This document shows, piece after piece, positions 58,107 to 64,000 of a DNA stretch of 64,000 nucleotides. Under the pieces are notes generated by a model. That model saw only the letters and a program-made list of their open reading frames with translations, had not been told where the DNA came from and ran no database searches. Every line of letters starts with the position of its first letter. The first letter of the stretch is position 1. Location of the stretch: positions 58,243 to 122,242 of the forward strand of contig CACDMX010000001.1 in assembly GCA_902554035.1 (NCBI GenBank), given 5' to 3'. The translations under genes and the position numbers were made by a program. The DNA comes from an uncultured Pelagibacteraceae bacterium. GTDB taxonomy: Bacteria; Pseudomonadota; Alphaproteobacteria; Pelagibacterales; Pelagibacteraceae.

Positions 58107-59393
58107 ATGAATGATTATAAAGTTAAAGATATATCCGAAGCAGAATTTGGAAGAAAAGAAATTTCACTAGCAGAAACAGAGATGCCAGGATTAATGGCAT
58201 TAAGAAAAGAGTATAAAGGAAAAAGTCCTCTTAAGGGTGCAAAGATTTTAGGTTGTCTTCATATGACAATTCAAACTGCGGTTCTGATTGAAACTCTAGT
58301 TGATTTAGGAGCAGAGGTAAGATGGTCTTCATGTAATATTTTTTCAACTCAGGATCATGCGGCTGCAGCGATAGCGAAAGCGGGCATACCCGTATTTGCA
58401 TGGAAAGGCGAAACTGAGGAGGAATATTGGTGGTGCGTAAAGCAGACAATTGAAGGAAAAAAAGACTGGAAACCAAATATGATTCTTGATGATGGCGGAG
58501 ATTTAACTGCACTAATGCATAAAGAATATAAAGATTTGTTAAAAGATATCAAAGGACTTTCAGAAGAAACTACTACAGGAGTTTTGGCTCTAAAAAAAAT
58601 GGAAGCTCAAGGAACGTTACTAGTTCCAGCTATTAACGTAAATGACTCTGTTACAAAATCTAAGTTTGATAATTTATATGGATGCAGAGAAAGCTTAGTT
58701 GATGGAATTAAAAGAGCTACAGACGTAATGATGTCGGGAAAAGTAGCTATTGTTGCTGGATTTGGCGACGTTGGAAAAGGAAGCGCCGCATCACTCAGAC
58801 AAAGTGGAGCAAGAGTCATGGTTACCGAAACCGATCCTATATGTGCACTTCAAGCTGCAATGGAAGGTTATGAAGTTGTTCTTATGGATGAGATGATAAA
58901 AGAAGCAGATATAGTTGTAACAGCAACAGGAAATAAAGATATTGTAACTGCAGACCATATGAGAGATATGAAAGATAGAGCTATACTTTGTAATATTGGA
59001 CATTTCGATAATGAAATACAGGTAGAAGCTTTAAAAAACTATAAATGGGACGAAATCAAACCCCAGGTTCACGAAATAACTTTACCCAGTAATAAGAGAA
59101 TAATTTTGTTAGCTGAAGGAAGACTTGTTAATTTAGGTTGTGCAACTGGACACCCGAGTTTTGTAATGAGTGCTTCATTTACAAATCAAGTTACTGCTCA
59201 AATAGAATTATGGAATAACTCCGATAAATATGAAAATAAAGTTTACGTTTTACCAAAACATCTTGATGAAAAAGTTGCAAGATTACATTTAGAAAAAGTT
59301 GGTGCAAAATTAACTAAAATGTCTAAAGATCAAGCAGACTATATCAGTGTAACCCCCGAGGGACCTTTCAAACCAGATGCCTATCGCTACTAA
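58107..59393 (+). CDS. ahcY: adenosylhomocysteinase (ATG 58107 preferred over TTG 58089)
   Basis: [51 protein letters not shown]. Confidence 0.99.
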   Translation: MNDYKVKDISEAEFGRKEISLAETEMPGLMALRKEYKGKSPLKGAKILGCLHMTIQTAVLIETLVDLGAEVRWSSCNIFSTQDHAAAAIAKAGIPVFAWKGETEEEYWWCVKQTIEGKKDWKPNMILDDGGDLTALMHKEYKDLLKDIKGLSEETTTGVLALKKMEAQGTLLVPAINVNDSVTKSKFDNLYGCRESLVDGIKRATDVMMSGKVAIVAGFGDVGKGSAASLRQSGARVMVTETDPICALQAAMEGYEVVLMDEMIKEADIVVTATGNKDIVTADHMRDMKDRAILCNIGHFDNEIQVEALKNYKWDEIKPQVHEITLPSNKRIILLAEGRLVNLGCATGHPSFVMSASFTNQVTAQIELWNNSDKYENKVYVLPKHLDEKVARLHLEKVGAKLTKMSKDQADYISVTPEGPFKPDAYRY

Positions 59394-59829
59394 AAGTAGC
59401 AAATATGATATTTCAAAAGAAAGCGTTACAGCTAGTATAGCAAAGAAAATTTCCACTGAAGTAAACAAAGGTGATGTACTATTTTTTTTCGGAGAAATCG
59501 GCGTAGGTAAAACTACCTTTATTAGATATTTCATTAATTATTTACAAAAAAAAAATAGATTAAAATTAACGGAAGTTACTAGTCCAACCTTCAATTTATT
59601 GAATGAGTATGAGGTTAAAGATTTGATAATTCAACATTATGATTTATTTAGACTAAAAAATACAAATGAAATGCAAAAAATCGGCTTATTAGAAAGTGGT
59701 AAGAATGTTTTGACATTAATTGAATGGCCTGAAAAAATTAAAAAAAAACCAAAAAGAAGAATTGAGTTAATATTCGAATATAAATCAAATTTAAATAAAA
59801 GAATATTGAAAATTAATGATTTTAGATAA
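59377..59829 (+). CDS. tsaE: tRNA t6A biosynthesis ATPase
   Basis: [26 protein letters not shown]. Confidence 0.94.
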   Translation: MPIATKSSKYDISKESVTASIAKKISTEVNKGDVLFFFGEIGVGKTTFIRYFINYLQKKNRLKLTEVTSPTFNLLNEYEVKDLIIQHYDLFRLKNTNEMQKIGLLESGKNVLTLIEWPEKIKKKPKRRIELIFEYKSNLNKRILKINDFR

Positions 59830-60778
59830 GAAAATTTTACAAGAAATAAAAGGAGATGCTTCTTTTAGGAGTTTTTTTAGAAAAAAAGAGAAAAAAAAAA
59901 CTTCAATTATTGTTTATGTAAAAAGGGAGAAAAAAAAAAATTTATTAATTTATGATGCTATAAACAAAATATTAAATAAGAATGGTATAAAAGCACCTAG
60001 AATTTTGAGTAATAATTATAATCGAAATTATATTGAGATTGAAGATTTTGGAAAAATTTCGATTTACGCGATTTTAAAAACAAAAAAAAATCAATTTCAA
60101 GTATTTAAAAAAATAATTTTTCTTCTTAATAAAATTCAAAAAATAAAGGAGAAAAAAATTAAAAACTTTGAAAAAAAAAATTATATTTTACCTATTTATT
60201 CAAAAAAAATATTATTTAATGAAGCTAAACTTTTCATGGAATGGTACGTACCAAAAAATTTAGCAAAAAAAAAAGCTTTAGTTTTAAACAAAAAACTTTC
60301 TAATGAAATTAAATATTTGCTTTCAAAGTTAAAATTAAAAAATGATACATTTGTTCATAGAGATTTTCATGTTTCTAATTTAATGAAAGTTAAAAAAAAA
60401 ATTGGAATTTTGGATAGCCAAGATGCAGTAATTGGAAATAAAGCTTATGATTTGGCCTCTTTAATTGATGATGTAAGATTAAGGACATCAAAACAAATAA
60501 AAAAATCAGTCTATAATTTCTATATAGATTTGAATAAAAATAAAATAAATAAAATTTATTTTAAAAACGATTTTGAAATATTATCCGTTTTAAGAAATCT
60601 TAAGATCATTGGAATCTTTACCAGATTGGCTATTAGAGATAATAAAAAAAAGTATTTAAAAATGATCCCCTTAGCCTGGAAGTTAATTGAAGGAAGAATA
60701 AATAATAATATAATTTTTTATAATTTAAAAAATTATTTAGACAATAATATTTCAACAAAGTGTAGAATGAAAAAATGA
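59816..60778 (+). CDS. amgK: anomeric MurNAc/GlcNAc kinase (APH phosphotransferase family)
   Basis: GDASFRSFFR, EDFG, HRDFHVSNLM, LDSQDA..G...YDLASL.DD, RNLKI.GIF.RL..RD.K..Y; precedes murU. Confidence 0.85.
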   Translation: MILDKKILQEIKGDASFRSFFRKKEKKKTSIIVYVKREKKKNLLIYDAINKILNKNGIKAPRILSNNYNRNYIEIEDFGKISIYAILKTKKNQFQVFKKIIFLLNKIQKIKEKKIKNFEKKNYILPIYSKKILFNEAKLFMEWYVPKNLAKKKALVLNKKLSNEIKYLLSKLKLKNDTFVHRDFHVSNLMKVKKKIGILDSQDAVIGNKAYDLASLIDDVRLRTSKQIKKSVYNFYIDLNKNKINKIYFKNDFEILSVLRNLKIIGIFTRLAIRDNKKKYLKMIPLAWKLIEGRINNNIIFYNLKNYLDNNISTKCRMKK

Positions 60779-61467
60779 ATATTGATACTGCTTTAATTTT
60801 GTGTGCAGGCTATGGGAAAAGACTCAATCCTCTAACCCTTAAAACTCCAAAACCACTATTAAAAATTCATAATGTTACTTTATTAGAAAATACAATTGAG
60901 CTAATAAAAAATTTAGAAATCAAAAAAATTAAGATCAATACATTTTATCTACAAGATGAAATTGAAAAATTTATAAAAAAAAAAAATTTTGAAATTGAAA
61001 TAGAAATTATAAAAGATGGTAATGAAATTTTGGATACAGGAGGAGGTATTCTTAACATGATGAATTCAAGTAATGAGCAAGATTTTATGGTATTCAATCC
61101 GGACACAATTTGGAATTTAAGCTATTCAAATCAAATTAATGAAATGAAAGATTTCTACTTTTCAAAAAATAAAGAAACAATTTTATTAGTCACTGAAAAA
61201 AATTTTAGTTTTGATAAAAACTTAAAAGGTGATTTCACTCTAACAGATAATTTATTAAATAAAGAAAAAGAAAACAACTATATTTATACAGGCTGTCAAA
61301 TAATTAATAGGAAGGTTTTTAAATCATCCAAGACTAATAGTTTTTCAATTTTGCAAACATGGGATAATTTAATTAAAGATAAAAAATTGTATGGTTTTAA
61401 AAGTGAGAATGAGTTTTTACATGTTACAAATTTGGAAGTTTATAATAAGCTATTAAAAGACAATTAA
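60775..61467 (+). CDS. murU: MurNAc-alpha-1-P uridylyltransferase (nucleotidyltransferase)
   Basis: LCAGYGKRL.PLT..TPKPL, LDTGGG, FNPD; tsaE-amgK-murU synteny. Confidence 0.82.
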   Translation: MNIDTALILCAGYGKRLNPLTLKTPKPLLKIHNVTLLENTIELIKNLEIKKIKINTFYLQDEIEKFIKKKNFEIEIEIIKDGNEILDTGGGILNMMNSSNEQDFMVFNPDTIWNLSYSNQINEMKDFYFSKNKETILLVTEKNFSFDKNLKGDFTLTDNLLNKEKENNYIYTGCQIINRKVFKSSKTNSFSILQTWDNLIKDKKLYGFKSENEFLHVTNLEVYNKLLKDN

Positions 61468-62169
61468 ATCTTTTGCTCTAGATTCATCCAAGTAGCGACA
61501 TTCAATTATTTTATTATTTGAGTCAAAATTAATGATCAATGGATTTCCTGTTGGAATTTCAAGTAAGGATATTTTTTTTTCATCTAACTTAAAAAGATAT
61601 TTACACATTGCTCTAATTGAATTGCCGTGTGCAACTATCAGGATATTTTTTCCTTCAAAAATCTTACTTTGAATATTTTTTTTATAATACGGTAAAACTC
61701 TATTATATGTATCTTCTAAAGACTCTGTGTCTGGCAAATTTTCTTTTGGAATATCTTTATATGTTTCAATATTTACTGGATGGTAAGGATTATTTTTACT
61801 TAAAGGCTCAGGCTTAATATTCCAGGATCTTCTGAATTCATGAACCTTTCTCTCCCCAAATTTTTTTTTCATTTCGTCTTTATTAAGTCCGGTTAAAGCT
61901 CCGTAATGTCTTTCATTTAGTTGCCATGCTCTTGTAAAAGTTTCTTTTATTCTCATTGTATTATGAACAAGTTTTAAGGTATTAATTGCCCTAATTTGTA
62001 AAGAGGAAAAAGAATAGTCTATTTTAATATTTTTTTGTTTTAGAAGCTCACCTGATTTGCAAGCTTCTAATTTTCCATTTGCAGCAAGATCTACGTCTAC
62101 CCAACCAGTAAATCTTTTTTCAAGATTCCACTCACTTTGACCATGTCTAATTAAAATTAAATGACTCAT
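61453..62169 (-). CDS. gpmA: 2,3-BPG-dependent phosphoglycerate mutase
   Basis: RHGQSEWN..RFTGW.D, LNERHYG.L.G..K, RRSW, AHGNS.R, IPTG.P. Confidence 0.97.
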   Translation of the reverse strand: MSHLILIRHGQSEWNLEKRFTGWVDVDLAANGKLEACKSGELLKQKNIKIDYSFSSLQIRAINTLKLVHNTMRIKETFTRAWQLNERHYGALTGLNKDEMKKKFGERKVHEFRRSWNIKPEPLSKNNPYHPVNIETYKDIPKENLPDTESLEDTYNRVLPYYKKNIQSKIFEGKNILIVAHGNSIRAMCKYLFKLDEKKISLLEIPTGNPLIINFDSNNKIIECRYLDESRAKDLIVF

Positions 62170-62201
62170 TTAAAAATATTATTTATAAATCTATTTTATA
62201 T

Positions 62202-62561
62202 ATGACAAAATTGATATTCCATATTTTAAATTTAATTTTTTTAATTCTTTATATTTATCCAGGTAGCATATTAGGATTTCTTTTTTATAGAAGCTTTGAA
62301 AAACAACCTCAAATTACCTCAGATTTTGTAGTATCGTCAAATCATGTTTATGCTTTTATGCTATTATCTTTTTTAGGATTTATAAATTACTATAAAAATC
62401 ACAAAAATTTAATTATTTGTTACTTTTTTTTAATCTCGATAATTTTAGAGTTACTTCATCTAATAATTCCAAATAGAAGTTTTCAATTTTCCGACTTATT
62501 TGGTAATATCATTGGTGTTATATTTTCGATTTTAATATTTTATATTTGGAGGAAAAAGTGA
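62202..62561 (+). CDS. VanZ-like small membrane protein
   Basis: Hydrophobic helices; H..AF..L, LELLH..IPNR.F...D...N..G pattern. Confidence 0.7.
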   Translation: MTKLIFHILNLIFLILYIYPGSILGFLFYRSFEKQPQITSDFVVSSNHVYAFMLLSFLGFINYYKNHKNLIICYFFLISIILELLHLIIPNRSFQFSDLFGNIIGVIFSILIFYIWRKK

Positions 62562-62866
62562 GTTCTTTTGAAGACAGAAAAAAAAGTTTTGAAAAAAAAT
62601 TTGCTCATGATGAGGAAAAACAATTTAAGATTAGCGCAAGAAGAAATAAATATCTTGGGGAGTGGGTTTCAAAAATACTAGATTATAATAGCGATCAAGA
62701 AAAAGAGTATATTCAGGCTATCATAAAAGCTGATTTTAAAGAGGAAGGCGATGAAGATGTTTTTCAAAAGATTAAGGAAGATCTTAAAATAAAAAATATT
62801 TCAGATAACGAGATAAGAGAAAAAATGAAAGAGCTTAATGAGAAAGCGACTTCTGAATTTAAATAA
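62558..62866 (+). CDS. F1Fo ATPase inhibitor zeta subunit (DUF1476), GTG start at 62558
   Basis: (M)SSFEDRKKSFEKKFAHDEE.QFK..ARRNK.LG.W and DF.E.GDEDV..K...D signature; GGAGG at 62548-62552 and GTGA overlap with the VanZ stop. Confidence 0.9.
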   Translation: MSSFEDRKKSFEKKFAHDEEKQFKISARRNKYLGEWVSKILDYNSDQEKEYIQAIIKADFKEEGDEDVFQKIKEDLKIKNISDNEIREKMKELNEKATSEFK

Positions 62867-63449
62867 TTTTTTAACTTTATTTTTTTTTTTAATTTTAACT
62901 TCTTGTTCTTCAATACCAAAAAATACCGCAGATAGTTGTTCAATTTTTTCAGAAAGATATCTCTGGTATAAACATGCCAAAAGTACTGAAAAAAAATGGG
63001 GAACACCAATATATATACAATTAGCTATTATTAAAATGGAATCCGACTTCCATTGGTTAGCAAAACCTAAAAGACAAAAAATATTTAAGGTTATACCTTA
63101 CAAAAGACCATCAAGTTCATTTGGTTATTCACAGGCTGTAAAAGGAACATGGAAACAATATAAAAATGAAACAGGAAATAAACTTGCTAGAAGAACAAGA
63201 TTTAAAGATAGTGTTGATTTCATAGGTTGGTACACAAATAAAACAGAAAAAATATTAAAAATTTCTAAATCAGATGCTTTCAAACAATATATTGCTTATC
63301 ATGAGGGATGGGGTAATTATAAAAACTATAAAAAAAATTCAAAAGTTATTGGACTTGCAAAAAAAGTTAAAAAACAGTCTGATACATATAAAAAACAATT
63401 ACAAAAATGCCAAAAAAATTTGAATAGGAAGAAATATATTATTTTTTAA
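62838..63449 (+). CDS. lipoprotein with lytic transglycosylase (SLT-like) domain
   Basis: Lipobox LTSC, I..ES.F with catalytic Glu, SS.GYSQA...TW..Y, YHEG.G. Confidence 0.8.
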   Translation: MRKRLLNLNNFLTLFFFLILTSCSSIPKNTADSCSIFSERYLWYKHAKSTEKKWGTPIYIQLAIIKMESDFHWLAKPKRQKIFKVIPYKRPSSSFGYSQAVKGTWKQYKNETGNKLARRTRFKDSVDFIGWYTNKTEKILKISKSDAFKQYIAYHEGWGNYKNYKKNSKVIGLAKKVKKQSDTYKKQLQKCQKNLNRKKYIIF

Positions 63450-64000
63450 CGAAGTTGTTTTTTTAACTCAATATCAACTGAGTCTATTCTTTTTGTATTT
63501 TTTGCCAATGAAAGGTACATTGTAGGAGTAACATACAATGTGAAAAAAGTTGATATTATCATACCTCCTAAGATAGTTGCACCTACTGCCAGTCTAGAAC
63601 CTTCTCCTGCTCCTGGTCCAATATTACCAATCGTCAAAGGTATCATTGCTATCATGGTGCTTATAGATGTCATCATTATTGGTCTAAATCTTAAAGAACA
63701 AGCTTCTGTTATTGAATTTTCAATATTCTTTCCGGTCGCTCTCAATTGGTTAGCGTAATCAACTATTAAAATACTATTTTTTGTTGAAATTCCAATTAAT
63801 ATAACTAAGGCAATCTGTGAAAAAATATTAATCGAGCTATTTAAAAATAAGATAAAAATTAAACCCCCAAATAATGCAAGAGGCACTGTGAGAATAATGA
63901 TAAAAGGGTGAATAAAAGAATTGAATGTAGCTGCCATTACCAAATATGCAGTAAGTAGCGCTAATCCAAAAATAATATAAAGTTCGTTACTTGTTTCTTT
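63446..64000 (-). CDS. RND (AcrB/AcrD/AcrF family) permease, C-terminal part; gene starts beyond the window
   Basis: Frame open from 64000 (KETSNELYIIFGLALLTAYLVMAATFNS..HP), LIGI..KNSILIVDYA, RFRPIMMT, GG...ST..TL.V.P. Confidence 0.93.
   Translation of the reverse strand, partial: KETSNELYIIFGLALLTAYLVMAATFNSFIHPFIIILTVPLALFGGLIFILFLNSSINIFSQIALVILIGISTKNSILIVDYANQLRATGKNIENSITEACSLRFRPIMMTSISTMIAMIPLTIGNIGPGAGEGSRLAVGATILGGMIISTFFTLYVTPTMYLSLAKNTKRIDSVDIELKKQLR

Overview
Very AT-rich, gene-dense core-genome segment of a streamlined marine alphaproteobacterium, almost certainly Pelagibacterales (SAR11); DmdA is near-identical to the Ca. Pelagibacter ubique enzyme as I recall it. Gene order: leuB(partial)-dmdC-dmdB-alpha/beta hydrolase-dmdA-asd-sdhCDAB-mmsA-mdh-sucCDAB-lpdA-priA-atpHAGDC (+, about 27.6 kb on one strand); metX-metW-gloB-rplU-rpmA-obgE-proBA-nadD-rsfS-ctpA-rppH (-, headed by a SAM-II riboswitch); hisC-tyrC; trkH-ampG-NlpC/P60-TPR sulfotransferase; class I lysS-pyrD-rpmB-yhhQ; decarboxylase-deoxyhypusine synthase-like-agmatinase operon; regA; ABC ATPase-bioY; polA-chvI-chvG-ahcY-tsaE-amgK-murU; gpmA; VanZ-zeta subunit-SLT lipoprotein; RND pump (partial). 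I saw no tRNA, rRNA, CRISPR or mobile element. Best leads: (1) both heme-b axial histidines of complex II appear substituted (SdhC Gln80, SdhD Tyr63), suggesting a natural heme-free SDH; (2) a DHS-like homospermidine operon whose ODC-fold enzyme may decarboxylate arginine; (3) a hydrolase with a probable CTG start sitting where DmdD is missing; (4) an anti-aptamer helix and U-tract behind the metX SAM-II aptamer. All calls come from motif recognition by eye; no searches were run.
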